Source: Balanoglossus misakiensis (lineage: Eukaryota > Animalia > Hemichordata). From it: a stretch of DNA of 64,000 nucleotides. The stretch is from NCBI GenBank assembly GCA_040954595.2, contig CM082584.2, positions 10,014,190-10,078,189 of the forward strand, in the 5' to 3' direction. The notes beneath the pieces were generated by a model. The model saw only the letters and a program-made list of their open reading frames with translations, made no database searches and was not told the DNA's origin. The stretch's first letter is position 1, and every line of letters starts with the position of its first letter. Shown here piece by piece: positions 35,128-50,187 of the stretch. The translations under genes and the position numbers were made by a program.

Positions 35128-37255
35128 ACTCATTAAACATACGTAACTTGGACAACATGAACAGACTGTTTTCTTTCACCGTTTCAACAGAAAAATGCTA
35201 TTGCGCCCCGATTTTCTTTGTTGGGGGTTATGTCTTTGCGTGTTAGAGTAGAAGTTAGCGGGAAATCCAATAAATCCGGTCTTCATATGCTCTACAAGAT
35301 AAACACAAACGCTGGAGTGTTGAAATTTGTTCAACATGGCCAGTTCCCCCGTTTCCTGACAGCTTCTCCTTTGTGGCATACATACTTACATTTCTATGTC
35401 ATAGTTTTTATGTCTTTTGCTTTGATTTTTTCTATGGCACGTTCTTTATGTCTTTTGAAGGGTGTGGTTTACCGTAACGTGCCTGAGCGTACAGTAGAGG
35501 TTCTCCTGTCACCCCATTACTGGGCCTTTAAAGCTGTTTTTTCGGATGAGATGGCCATTGAAAACCATCGGGTTTATGAAGATAGCATTGTGTAGCTTTA
35601 CTTCACTGCGCCGCGCCTGTGATCCTTGAAAACGCCCGTACTGATGTAGGTGATCTTATCAAGAGACCGTTCGTGCAAGGGTTTGACTTTCGAGATGCGT
35701 TCCATTGTAAATGATGATGATACAGTCACTTCAACATTTCCAGGAGTGGGCCCTAAATTGTGATGAATGTGGTTCTTCTGGTGTCTTCTGTTTATCACGG
35801 AACGTGATGTTACATGTAGCTTTTTACGAGGGTAGGTTTTAGGCACATAAAACATCTTCACATTTGTTTGTCGTCGACAAGAATCGTCAGAATCAGTGGA
35901 ATCGTCCACTGCGCGAGACGATTAATTATTCATACTTTGGATCACGTCCAACAAAATGCAAATGAAATCCACAGATGCCTGATGGCAGTCTCGCCTGTTG
36001 AGACACCGAGGTTATGATGCATCTGAATCAGCCGTCACGACAGAAATCTTCTTCTGCTGGCTTACTTTAAAAATTGAAAGCAAGTAATTATTAGCAACAA
36101 TTTTTTTACATGTGACCGCGTTTGTGACCAGTGCTTGTAGAGTAGGAATCATTAGAATACGTCCCCAGTCAGAGATTGAGTAAGCTCCTTTTGATCGGCA
36201 GAATCACCCAAGCAATGCAACGTATGTATTATGTACTCATACTCAACGTTCAATAATGGAATACAATGTGATCTCACACCTTTACAGCAAAAGCATGTAA
36301 TTTCTTTTCTGGGATATTGGCTACATCGCAACTCATGATCGACACTGAATTCACTGACAGTGGCATATTCAGCCGCGTGGTTGAATTTCAATGTCTGTGT
36401 ATCGAATCATAAACTACACCACAGTTATCCAACCTCTGGAAATACACTGTGGCCAAGCTGGCAACCTATGAAAAGGATATTTTGCATTTATGCAGGTTAT
36501 TCGATGGTTTTGATTGTAAGAACAGTCACATATATTATTCCAAAGGGCAAGCCTGCATTGAAGACTTGTTGTTCAAAAGCCCAGGGCAAATGCAAGATAT
36601 TGCTTCATGACGTTAGCATATCCATCAGTCAGTAATACAAAAAGCAGCGCATTGGTATAGAGATACATGGTCTTCCACTGAATAAAACTAAAGGGAACCG
36701 ATAATTCATAAGGCAAAAAAAAGACCATAAAGTGAAAATTTTCAGAATAAATTGTATATTTACTAATGGACACATGCGCAGCTCTTGTCAAAAGGTAAAC
36801 AGTGTGCGCAAACAAAACGTTCTGCACTGCAGGCAACCGCATAGCTGCTGTCAAGAACACTGTGACAAAGGCGATAAAGCTCTACCATTCGGATAGGTCA
36901 CACACATCATTGTTGTGGAAATTTTGATGTTGAACAGACAAATACTGTCTGCATGATAACACTTCATATACGAACTCTGTATGTAGCGTTTGGCATTTGC
37001 TCTTGCATTGGGTGTGCATTTGAAGTTGGCTCAATTTTCTTCGATATGTTGATGTCACACATTATTAAGGTTGGTCTCATGAAGATGACATTAAGTTCAA
37101 GTGCCAATAACTTATTTCCCAATTTAGTAAATGAACGATGATGAATAATTAACATGGAAACAAGCTGGATGCTTTGCAAAAGATGGGTCGCATAAAAAGT
37201 GTTGATCGTATGCGGCTGACGCAGTATCTATCTTCATGCCAGACAGTGTTTGTTG

Positions 37256-37445
37256 AAATTGTGAAAATCAGGCGTGCGGAATCGGTAGCCATTAGTGGTA
37301 TTTAGCTAATTTTCGCCTGTTTACTCCTTAAATTGTGAAATCGAGTGCGACGGCTGTGGTAGTCATTAGCGTTGCGTCTTCTCATTTCTGTTCGCCTTAA
37401 TTGCGGAAATCAAGTGTGTCTGATTTGTCCGTCGTTAGGAGTTGC
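37256..37445. repeat. Degenerate ~70-bp tandem repeat, about 3 units
   Basis: AAATTGTGAAAATC...GGTAGCCATTAG, AAATTGTGAAATC...GGTAGTCATTAG and AATTGCGGAAATC...GTCGTTAG recur at about 70-bp spacing. Confidence 0.55.
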
Positions 37446-40400
37446 AATTGTGTCGCCATATTGCTGTTTATATTTTTTTCTGGAGTGTCTACGTGCGTTT
37501 CTGACGAGTCTATGTTATCCGCGATACGGTTGCGAAAACATATCCCCCGCTCGAGAATGGAATGAGCCGTTTCGCGATTGTCATCAGCTGCGGCGAAAGG
37601 GAGATAGCGAGTCGAGAGCTGCGCATCCCTAGCTTCTGTCATCCATACTGGCTTTGATCGGCCGTCATCATCATGATCTGGCAGCAATATCTCACCGAGG
37701 CCTGAAGCTGAATGCAGTCTGAACCAAAAGTCCCACCTGCACGAACACAAGGTAAGGGGCGGCGTATGACATCGCATTCTGGTTTCCTTTCTCAGAATCA
37801 GATAGCCCATCTTCCTGATCATGGCCACCAGAGGTAATGTAAACCAAACAAAATATAGAAAACCCATCGGCTACTTAAGTATGGAATCGTCATCTTAAAA
37901 AAGTTTGTTTTTTCTCACACGAAATACACGTACCCCTGAAACACACCGGACTTGTCTGCCGGCATAGGATCCTATAGTCTTTGTACGAAGGAGGGGGGGG
38001 GGAACACATAATCTAATTGCCTGCCCGAGTGCGCACAATTAACGTCCACCAGCCATTTACTTGAAAGTCAATTTTCAAATTCAAGACATCCGCTAACCTT
38101 AATTGAAAAGTTCGTAAGTTCAATGACATTGACAACAAACGTTTTTCTATCTCTGCCGATGTTACTGTCTCAAGACAATACTGTCAAGCTACCCATCAAG
38201 ATGTTTTAAGCTGTACTAAGAATTCTCTTCAAATATTAATGGCAGTAATTCCAGGAACAATGCGGCAAAACGACTTTCCTCGTATATTAATTGCGTTTTC
38301 ACAGGGGAACGTTTAACGTCTATTTGCTTATCAATGAATAATGCAGGCGGGCAGATTTTTCGCCTCCTGGCATGGGAATACCTAACAACTTCGAGGAAAG
38401 TGTATAAATTTTTTGCAAGAAGTACATTTCCTTTCAATTGTTACACACTCTCCACTGGGCCGTTTCTGGTTAATAGCAGGCGATTCATACAATTAAGTAG
38501 AGTCACACCTCTTTGTCTCTGTGAGTAAGTTTGCCACAACGGAAATTTGATATAACAAAATCACCTCAAATTTTTTTTTATAAAACTGACGTGTGCTAAC
38601 ATCAGAAGTAAAGCACTGAAAATGCGGAATTGTGTTTTGTTTGCCTTTGATGTTTGCTTCGATAGACTAAAGCGTTTCACCATATGGTTTATATTTGACC
38701 AATTTTTCTGCTCGAACGCAGCCAATTTACAGAGACACATTATTATTTAATGGTATGAATGAACCAATCCCCACGCATCGTCTTCTACTGGGTATTCACT
38801 GCGGCATAGCCATGAACACCGCATGGTCTTCAACGTAACATCCAAGTATCGGGTGACAAAGGGATATTGATCTAAATTGTGTGATCTAAATTCAACAATG
38901 TAAAACTTGGACTACCTGGCCAGTACATGTATTTCTGAGTTAGTTGAGCGAACTTGATACTTCAATACTTCCTTTTGATGTATCTGATTGTTTTTTTAAC
39001 CGCAATATTAATATTCGCCATCCCAACAACAGGCTGTGCGTGTCAAATGTTCAACTTGAAATTCCGTTTTTAATCATTGTGAAGCGCACCACACTATTAC
39101 ACTGCCCCAAAAAAACAAATTACTTCTAAGCGGAGACGACTTTTAGTGAACAAAGTGGTAGTTTTTTAATTTGCATTATAAGAGAATATTTGAAAATGCA
39201 ATTCCCTCGCCGCAATAGTGTGACCACTTGTGAACAGTATAGAGTAACCCATATTTGTTTATCGTGTCGTTAAGTGTGAATGATCACGAAAAAACAGTGA
39301 AAGTCATAGAATTCTGTTTGCCGTCGCGTTGGTTAAGCAAGCGCGGGAATCTAAGAGCGTGGTTGTGTCTCGTCAACGGGACCCACTTTACATAATTGGA
39401 TTCTCCACAAATATCACGTAACCTCAGTCGGAACGTTTTTTTCCCTTCAAAATATGATTGATCGTCACGTGGTTTGAAAACGCTGTTTGTTGTTCCAACC
39501 CCAGCGCCGTGTCATTAACAAATTGATTTTTCAATTCATTAACTTTAAATACCGTTTATCTTATCCCCTTTGGTATCTTATAAAGACGTTGCTCATTTTG
39601 ATTGACTGGGATTCTCCTAATGCGGTGCTAAATGCGAATCAGTCACTGTGAAACTCTAACCAAGAGTAACGATTTCCATGGAAACGCTGAATGCCATATT
39701 ATGACCTCAAGAGGGTTGCGTTGGCAACACGTGAAACATAAGATGTCCGCTTGATAAGGACAACGCGAGAAGTTTCTTTATGGATGAAATGCAATAACGT
39801 CCCTTGAATGCAGTAAAAAGGTAAAAACGCAATCTATCTACCAGAGGTAATCCTGGATATATGATATGAATTTTGCGAACGTTCGTCTTATTTTACAAAA
39901 GATGCGAGTCTCGTCAATTCCGATGGACAATATAACTTCATCGATGGATTCTTTATATTTAGAGTGCTTCTTTTCAAAGTCATTCATATTTCACAATGCA
40001 AAGGTCATTCGATAAGATATTTTTTACTCTTTGTATAAGTGTTAACCGTTGGTATTAGTGGTGAACTCGGAGAACGAACGGTTGAATGTGCATCGGGCAG
40101 ATTGAATTTGAAATGCACGGAAAAAACAAAGTGCTTGGAATTGTTGTTGGGTCTTTATGCTGCGGCGTGGATTTAAATAAAAGGAGAAGAAAACGCCCTA
40201 AGAAAATGTGGTAGAGGAAAGAATATGCACACTTAGCCAGCTCGTGAATGAATCCTCTGCCATTCATCAGACATCACAATTTCAGTCCTCAAAACTGTGG
40301 ATTGGCTCGAGATCGAAGCAGGAAGTTAAAAAGACCATCGCAATCAATGCAAAGGGTGCACACTTTAACGCAGCTCCTCTGAGACTCATTGAGAACGTGC

Positions 40401-43400
40401 GTCTACTCCAGTAGGGAACTATAGCTGTGCGTTCTTTTGATTATTGACAAATTTCTGCGGTGACTGCCGTCGCCCGTGAATCTGGCAGCCATAGCAACGC
40501 AGAGCAGCGCATGGAAATCGCAATAGATGCGCTGAAAGGCTCCTTAGCGAGTTACCGATGCAAAAAGCGGGGAACTCAGAGCGTGGTATAGTGCATGAAA
40601 TCCTTTTAACAGTTCTCGAAAAAAAATATCATTATCCCGCCAGAGAGAACACGACCGTCCAACAAAGACGTTGTATATAATTACACGCGCACCAAATGAA
40701 GCGCACAGCGAGGAATGTAACAAGATATTTTCAGCGAGAAATTGCCCATTTCTGCTTAAGCTTTTAATATTTAAACGTGCTGTGTTTGCCGGCAGGACAA
40801 AGACTGAGAAACGCCCCTTTAAACATATATAAATATATGTAAATTAAGGATAATTGTATCTTTAATTTGTGTTCAGTAGATATACAAAGACAAAAATCTG
40901 CGCAAGTACATTGGTGCATGTACTGACCTCTGCATTTACTGCCCTGTACATTTAGTATGTTATTGAAGATGTCGAGAATGCATTGGGCGTATTTCAATCG
41001 CGCAATAAATATTTCAAAATCGCGCGACAGTTCTTCAGATAAGAAGATATCGATCGCTAGCTGTACATATATTGAACCTATCTTGAAAAATTAATCACCA
41101 TTGCAACAAAGGAGTTTTGTCGAGTTAATCTACAACTGAAATTTTAAAAAAACTTTACTAGTAATATTTCATGAGCCTATATACATATGTCAGGGCCTGA
41201 TTAGATACATTCAGTTAGAGTGAGCTGTGGCGTTATCATGGGCAGCCATGCGGCCAATATTTTATTTACACTGGGCAGGATGAAGTATCGACAAATTTAA
41301 AAAAAAAACGAAAGTGGCCACTGGGTTCTTGAGGTTTACACGTGCCCGTACCGTGTATTTATTTTACTAACAATGGAATTTTAACAGAGAAAAAAATCTG
41401 TTCCTTATATGTAATTACCTTATAGTTGTCGCTACTAAAAGAGTCCATAGTGTGAAATGGTTCAAGATAATGAGATGGAAATGCGTGTACGCGTCGGAAA
41501 TGAGCTCCTCTCAGATGCCAAGTGCATTGTTACAACGTGTGAAAGTTTCACAAAGCGTTGGCAAAAAGCCTGTGACTGCCACACACGATTGGATAATAGC
41601 ACATGGGCGTTAATAAATGTGTGTCTATTAACACTTAACCTTACCATATGTTTTAAAGGCTAACGGAAACTTGAACGGTATGCTCTAGAAATCGGTCGGG
41701 GGAAACTGTTCAGCGACGTCTATTCAGGCCGAGTACTGTGCAATTGTAAAGGTTTAGTTTACACAACAACTGTCGGTATCGAACGCCAACTGTTAATACA
41801 ACGAATATGTATGCATGGATAAACGTGTGCGGCACATGCAGTCAATTTGACATATCTGTCATCGTATATACAAACACTGGACAAAGCAGTGCACTTTTTT
41901 ATAATCGATAGATGGCTGTTCTTTTCGGTCGACATCTCACACAGAATAGGTGCAGGCCACAAAACCAGTCTGGTGTGATCAGAGATGGAATCTTTTTGAA
42001 TACAGGCAGATTGTACCCTCCCACGTCAAACCTGATGTAGGTTTATCCGTACATTTACACTAGGAATATTCTTTCTTGTATGATTATCATAATGACCACA
42101 AATTGCCCAGAAAGCTGAAACGCTCAGTCCAAAATGGCACTAGCACAGCACTAGAGAAAGCCAATCTCAATTTGGCTTCAATTTGAGGGGTTTCGGGATA
42201 GTTTTACTAAACCGACAGATGTTACCTGAAAGTAGTGGTACATGATTTATGCTTTAAAATGAAAGTCTGAGATGGAACAATTTTAACAGGACCTTCTGGG
42301 AATACCCTCCACAAACTAGCAACAGTTCGGTTGTTGTTCGGTTTTTCAGTCTGTCTGAGTATTTTAACACGTACAAGGCAGATTTTTAATCCGTCCAATC
42401 CACAATGCTTTGCAACCAGCCATAAACATATGTCGAACCCGTTTACAAATTAAGAGAATGTATTTCATTCACCTCTTCGGGGAATGTTGCATTGTGTATA
42501 TGCTGATGGAAATTATTGCTTCTGACAAGAAAAGGCGATAGCTATCAAAATGTAAAAGTATCGCACGGCTTGACAAAACGTTGACCTGTAGAAGCAGGAA
42601 ATTGTCGATATTTTTATAACATAGATAAGAAGAGAGACTGAATGGTAGGCGCGAAAGCATTGTCACCCAAGGCCAGATCGGACAAATGTTACACAATTCT
42701 GTTTTTCACTGCAATTATGACAGACTGGTTGACAAATCACTGGCGGCATATGTTTTTATGTCTCTTGTATCAGCGATTTTTTTCAAAGTGAATCGGATGT
42801 AACTGGCATGTGACGGTACTTTGAAGTTGGGCCCCGTGGCACTGTTGGCGCACTATATTTTCACGAAAATCATTGGCTAGATCTCAACTTTCCATGGTAA
42901 CTTTTTGATTGATAAAATATGCGAAATAAGTACATACGAACCGTACATACATACTCGCTTGCACCAATTGGTGGCATGAATTATGTTTACATGTATATTA
43001 CAAAATACTTCATCAAGTAGGTCAGGTTACATATGTTGCATATATTGAACTCCTCGCTCAGGTGTTAAAGCAAAGAATATAAGGCAATCAACAGGTATTG
43101 TCTCGTCGGTAATTGCGATGTACATTGTGGTTAACTACGAGTTTCCGATTACAACATTCCCATTGTCAGCGACCGGAAGTAGTTTTTTTCCCGATGTACC
43201 TTTCACACAATGCGAATAGCCAAATGATTTTTTTTGCTGAGAATTGAAAGCCTGATGTCAATAGCTTTAAGTGTTGTTTCAGACCATAATTGCGTATTCA
43301 ACACTTGTCTTGTGTTTAATACTTTGCTCTCAATAAAAAAGCTGTCAGAAGAAATATTAACTGTGGCTTACTACGCCTGTATTTACAATATAATTTAAGC

Positions 43401-43620
43401 AAACGCAAAAAGCACATTACACTGTTTGTTTGATGGTTGCTAAGATACACATCACGTAGCCAGGGTCAAGAGAGGTGACGTGATTAAAAGCAAATAAAGT
43501 TAACCTAAAAAGGAATGGAGTGTGCCAAAGCATGGGCCATGAAGCTAATAGATTTTAAGGAGATTTTAAGATGTATGATATGAATGGGTGAAGGAACGCA
43601 CAAACGCATGAATTAACGAA

Positions 43621-43663
43621 AGAATGAATGAATGAATGAATGAATGAATGGATGGATGGATGG
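43621..43663. repeat. (GAAT)n(GGAT)n microsatellite
   Basis: Direct reading of the sequence. Confidence 0.9.
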
Positions 43664-46600
43664 AAGGTTGGTTGGTTCACAGTGCGCAGAGAAACAGAGG
43701 GGACACAGTGCTCCAAATGCAAAAAGGCCTTAAACCAAAATGGTAACTAAATATCACAGTTTCCGGCTCGGATAAATATTAGTATTCTCTATACAGGTGT
43801 ATTCGCTTCCTCTTTGACGGTGTCAGGGCCGTAGTAATGAGTTGAGGATGTTTAGTTGACTGACTCCACCTGGTGCCAAACAGGTTTTGCGAAAAATCAC
43901 CAGAAATCGTCTTGACGTCTCCCATTACACGGTCAGCGAGTTTTTGATGGAGCACCTCTAGGGTAAAATAAGGCGAATGAAGTGTGCGCTCCTTAAAGTT
44001 GGGGTTAAAGCACACAGTGCATTAAAACGTCTCTGGTACATTTAGCATAGATCTCATGATATTATCAACGACAAAGGTATAGCAGTTGCGTGCTTGTCAT
44101 GTGTGACGAATGCCCCGACTCGTGTCGGATGCAAACGTTAACATACCTGCATTTGAAATTTGAAAACGTTCTGACACTTTACAGATCTCATTTTTTAGAT
44201 TTCGTCCAATGTCTGAGGGGAGACTGCAGGTCCTATATACCATTCAGTCCGCGGCATGCCAATTTTAAGCAATTCACAGTTTATGTCTTTGCCATGAAAG
44301 AAGCCGCGCACCATCGGTTCGATCATTTGAGTAGTTCTCAAGACGTGCCCTGTACTTTCGGGACGTATGATTCCCCTACGTACAAATGACGTCATCGTAA
44401 ACCTTGGTGAAGATCATTGATTCAAAGTGATCTCAAACTATGAAGAAGAGCGCCACTTGACGCCGTGATGCCCTGTACTCTTATAGGAATCGTAAATGCT
44501 ATGTGGGCATCATTGCCGACAAACGGCCCCTTTTTCTATAAAATATCCACCACTTTACGAGCAGTACATTCCAGGAGATTTACAAGGAATGAAAAGTGAA
44601 TTTCTTCCAAGCCAGGACGTGAAAAGAATGCTAGAAAACAGCTTAAACGTGGTTTTGTTCTTTAAAAGCAACCCAATTGAAGTCGGTGATGTCATGAAAC
44701 CAGTCATTCCTTCAAACAAGTTATGCCATACGCCTTCAGATGACCCGGATGAAACAGGGCTGTGAAGCCTCTTGATGACAGAATTCATTTATCAACATTA
44801 ATGAATAAAACAACTGTAAACTACATCAATATCGACCACTTCTACTTTAAGATTCCATGAATTGCAGTCTGCATGTCCATTGTGCTGCTGAGTGACAAGT
44901 CGAAAAAAACGGAACCAAAAACATCATTTCATTAAACACTAGAAACATGAATATACCATTTATGAGTATAATCATTAAAAAGCAGAAAATATAAAATTTC
45001 TGAACCAAAGGGAAGAATTTGCGTACTTCACTCGAACAAGTATTGTCACAGTGTAAAGTTACAATGTACATCATTTATTTCGCATGGCAACACAACAGCG
45101 TCACCATGCCACAATTTTATTGAATTTCAAAAAGACATGTTTTATTTTTTTGCTGTAACTACCATAACTGGAGAACAATTTATTGAATTTTAAAAAGTCG
45201 TATAATTGTATGATTTGCCGTGGACACCACCGGTAGTAATCTGTGCAATATCCGCTACCTGAGTCATAAAATGGAGGTGCTAAATTTTAGTGATCTGTTT
45301 TCATGAAATGAAGTTAAATCTGTGTACGCGATCACTCGTCAAGGACACTGTAACGTCTGTAATCTCCTCTGGATCCGCAATAAGTATACGAGAGTTTCTT
45401 CGATATTGTAATGTTTAAATATATTCCGCGCGGTCGTCAATTCGACAGAAAAGTATAGCGTTTCCTTTACAGACAGCAGGTGTTAAACACGCGAAGGAGA
45501 TTTAGTTTTAAAAAAATGTTCTCATATTTTATTGCTTCTGCGATCGAGCTGTTGCACTGCACACACAATGTGTTAAATCGCCCGGTTCTAATCGATATAC
45601 AGTTCTGTACCTGTCGGTAAGTCGTGAAGGAAAATCGACACGGAGATCGATAGTGTTAATTTGTGTGCCCAACGGACTATAGTCGGCGGCTTTCAAAATT
45701 TTGAAAGAAGTCGGCATTTTGCTCTGCGTGAAAAAAATGCCAACGTTCTCCCGTCGCATCACAGACATGACAACCAGTCCGCAGCGCCTTATCAATACAG
45801 CCATAAAGATGGAACAAAATTATTGAAGCGAACATGTTTGATGAATTCCCCTCATTCAATCTAATTGGCAACGTGATTCTAATAAATCCCTTTCACCACA
45901 TTTTCCAAACAATGTCGGCTATTGCGTTTTCCATGTAGGTTTCCGACCTGTCACGTACACACTTTAAAACGCGCAGGAAAATTCAAAAGGGGATGCAATA
46001 ATCAAATAATAAATGAAGACTCACTTTTGTGCGAACGAGACTATAATGTCGACAAATTAGGCTTAAAATTTGATTTAAAAGGGAGACGGAAAAACTATTA
46101 GAGTGTCTTATTGTGCCGGGAATCCAATGTTGTTGTGAAACGATGATTATGTAAGTGCGCTGTCAATTTAAGCTTTCGCACTGAATATTTCAATCGAAAG
46201 AAAACCCGACCATGCTCTCCCTCTGAGAAAGCGATACCAACTAATTACTGGTGGCAGGAAATCAACTTCTATTTCACGGGGTTCGAACACGGCCCTTAAT
46301 CTTACGGATTAACGTCAGCGCACAAAACCCAAGTAGAGGCGAAAAACGCGATAATGGCAAATATATCTCCACAATGTAAGGTACCCCAGTAGTTTAATTT
46401 TGCCTCACAGGACTGTTTCTTTGACTATATTTCACAAACAAAAATAATTGGTAGGCACAAGAGTATTTGTGTTAGTACATGAATAAGCCTGGTATAAACG
46501 CGAGACTGTACAAGAAGCTTGGCTATCGCATATTATTAATAAGATCGATGAATCATCTGAATTATCTGTTTAAAGACATTTTCATCTTCCACGCGTCAGG

Positions 46601-48599
46601 GATAATTGCCATTCCCTCATCAGATCCATATAACATCCTTTCTTTCGCTTGTACCCGCTATACATTGAAATTAAAACAGACATTGCCCCAAGCAAAAATA
46701 ATTAATTCTGTTTCTTGGCACAAATTGTTTATGACAATATGTATATAATGCCCATGCTGTTATAAAATCCCACGCGTTATCACTTTCTTCTGCTTGGATA
46801 GATTTATCTCTCAAACAACACATTTCTGATGCATTAAAGATGTAACAGTTTCTTAATCTTTCTGTTGATGTGATGCATGCATAAAACCAAACGAATAAAC
46901 TGATGCAAAATATCATTCCATTTGTATTGAAGATGGTGAATTAGTTATTGAAGCCTGTATCTCAACTGTTCCAACAGTCCTGATATATCGAAATAAGTTA
47001 TTGAAATACTGTTGGATAGATATGAATAATATCACCTGAAAGCTCATATTACAAACCCCTAACAGATTATCTATGATCCTTCGCATGGAAATTATATTTG
47101 GATTGCGCATGTGCAATACTGATTCAGGAGAACGACACTGTCGTCTTGGTAACTATGTGTATTGCTGGCTTGAAACGAGAACCAGAGCCTAAGCTGCTTT
47201 TACATTTTGATCACACATCTATTCACACAAAATTCATTGTCAAGAATTTTTGTTGGACGTACTTTCATGATGCGGTCTTGGACACATGAATAATTTACTG
47301 CGACTCGATCGTCCCGATCACACGCCCACATCATTTCCGCCTTTCTGTTGTAATCATCCGACTCAGTTTCGAGGATCATTTATGGCCTTCAACAATTTCT
47401 ATTTACAATCATGCATTATTTGTCAAGTTCAAGTATAAGGTATCAAGAGAGATCGTGAGTTCCTTAATCTCTGCAAATGAAGCCATTAATCCGCGTGAAT
47501 CCTTCAGAACTGCATTAATTGTGGCCATGCCAAGCAATTTTATCCTCGCGCAAGGTTATTACCTCCGCACGCGCTTGTACACAATTAGAGAAATTATCAT
47601 GACTTTATGGTTTAATTCTTAAGGTGTTGGCGATGAAAATTGGTCACTTGTTTTATTTTTGTAACTTAATGGTGTCGGTAAACACTTTGAAACCACTTAG
47701 CGTGTCTTCGGACCATTTCATCGGGGGCGAATTAAACGAAGAATTACGTGCGGCAATTTAGTTCTAACAAATGTATCTGATATGTATCGAGCTATTAACA
47801 TATTGTAAAATAAAATATACAGAACACAGAAAGTATATACACACACGCAAACGCATGATACCATGACTATTAACTGTCTGGTAGGGTTATATTTTAGCTC
47901 TAATCTAGGGCTCTGGCTGTGCCATTGAGAGTATCAAATTCGACAAAAGCTAGAATTGAATTGCAAACTACCGTAATACGAAATCTCATTGTAAAGCAAT
48001 ACATGGACACCAAAGATGACTGTTAACAGTCGCAGATCTGTCCGATTGATACAAGTGAATCAAAGGGGTATTGCGGCGGCAATAACGTTCTCATGGCAAC
48101 ATCCGTCAACAATCATTGTAACATAAGGCTTTAAATAGGAAAACAAATATTGGCAGCCCCTCTTTCAAAAATGTCATTTTTATTAATGAGAGCGCTAAGC
48201 GCGGCTGAACCATTCTTTACAAGTTTATTGTGCACGGTTGAGCGGAGTGGCAGATCAAAGTCAGTGGAGGCTTGCCAATAAACTCCAATCAATAAAAAGT
48301 CGTTCTTATATTAATCATTCCCCGCGTGGCATTGAGAAGAAAGTCATTAAGTTTGTATTACGCCGTGTTCGGCTGGTGTCGGATGTCAGCGCCGTTTCTC
48401 GCCACGAATCGATCCGCCTGTCAAGAGTGGCAGAATCGGACGTGGTGCTTAATCACGCCGTGAAGCTCGAGCTTCTGTGCAGGCAGCTGATGGAGACAAC
48501 ACTCCACTTAAAAGCCTCGTTTCTTAATTGTACAAGCACAACCCTCAGCGTGCGCACCGGGCCGTGAATCGCTTTGAAATCTCCCGCGTAGCGCCGCCG

Positions 48600-48748
48600 T
48601 TCATTACACGACAATTGGGGCTAATTTTTCTCACAACGTGTGTCCCGCCCTCTTCCTCTTCAGCCACGAGCTCGCAACTGATGACTCAAGATCACTGACG
48701 CCTCGACACTATCCAGCTGTTAGGATTCTTCTGGCTTCACAGGTAAGT
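48600..48748 (+). promoter_or_regulatory. Candidate promoter/first non-coding exon ending in a consensus splice donor
   Basis: CpG-rich stretch with a GC box (CCCGCCC, 48644-48650), TGACTCA (48682-48688) and a perfect CAG|GTAAGT at 48742/48743. Confidence 0.35.
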
Positions 48749-50141
48749 GTTTAACGCCAGCAACTTACCAAAAGGCAATTGGCAGATATCGCCGCGAATA
48801 AAGCCACATTTATACCCGGATGTCTACATGATTTGAAATCTAAGGTACATATTTCATGAACTTGACATTAGTGTTATTGGAACGATTGTATAGGCCATGT
48901 ATTTGAGTATGTATTAATAATATACACCAGCTCCCATAGTGCAACATGACATTCACGTTGTTAGGTGTGGCTATGATTCCTGTGTATCGTCGATGGCTTT
49001 GATGTTTTGACCCGTTCACTGACTAGAACCGTTAATAATGCGTCCAACAAAAAATTTCCAGGTATAGGTATATCAACATCTCGGCCATGACATGAGAACA
49101 GCCAGTTGTGCACTTTTGCTATGATCGATTCTATGCCAATTATGAAGAAACCAAGTTAAACATCCGTACGTTCACACAGAATGTGAATTTCATGAACCTT
49201 GTTTTGATAATTATATACAGAAGGCTAGATTCATTAGTTGCACTCAGTGTCACGGATAAACAGTTCGCTTTTTTAACGAGATGACCATGGTGTGTGTCAA
49301 CCATTGATTATTGTACATTTGATCATGTATCTTGTTTAAGTGAATGGCATTGTAAGTATAGGCCATCGACATGTACATAATTAATGAGAGTACAAATAAC
49401 TAAAAAGAGAACAGAATGTACACTCCATCTCAAACTTTACATAATTAAACTCTTTTCGCCGCCTCCTTGCATAAAATACACAAGCCGCTAAACTTTAATT
49501 TGTTGATGATTCTCTGATCTTTGTGTTTGGCTTGGCATTCTAAAACCTATTTTGTCGATTTCAGGATTTAGTACGAATTTAAATCACCTCTAATAATCCC
49601 ATTACACTCGACTAATCAAAGGTTTCAATGCGTTAAAGAAAGTCGCTCTTTCATTCTATTTCTACTCAGTGCATATATATTGACAAGTCAGAGAATCGCC
49701 ATTCAATTTACATCAAGAGTTACAAGCAATTTCTTTCCCTTCTTTGCTGCATGCGTATTTTGTCACAAAGGAACTACTTTTTCCCCGATTAAAATTAAAA
49801 GACCGCAGCCGTGGTATGATCCGAATCAATTAATTCTACCTTCCCACTTCATTAAGTTCCCTTTCAATGTCTGCCATCACCTCATCATTCCAATAATGTT
49901 TCTTGAAAGAATACCACTTGTGGTTTTTTGCCGACTACACAAAATCTTCTCTCTTTTGTCCCTTTCACGCGACGCTCCACGATTCAGCGACAAAGGTTGC
50001 ATTCAGAAGAAAAGGTGATTCTGCTCTATATTAAATAAATGCCAACGAAGTTGAAAAGTAGAAGAACAAGTCAGGATGAGATTGGGCAAGTCTAAATTCT
50101 GAGTGTGTACGTGTGCGTCGATCTCCGCGTTTACTTTCTTC

Positions 50142-50187
50142 TCTTCCTTCATTCCAAAGTCTCGTCTTCCTTCATTCCAAAGTCTCG
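50142..50187. repeat. Exact 23-bp tandem duplication
   Basis: TCTTCCTTCATTCCAAAGTCTCG occurs twice in tandem. Confidence 0.9.

Noticed and set aside
44090-44765. Two adjacent + strand ORFs (99 and 89 aa) followed by AATAAA at ~44804
   Set aside because: There is no recognisable domain or consistent splice structure, so they cannot be supported as a gene without a homology search.
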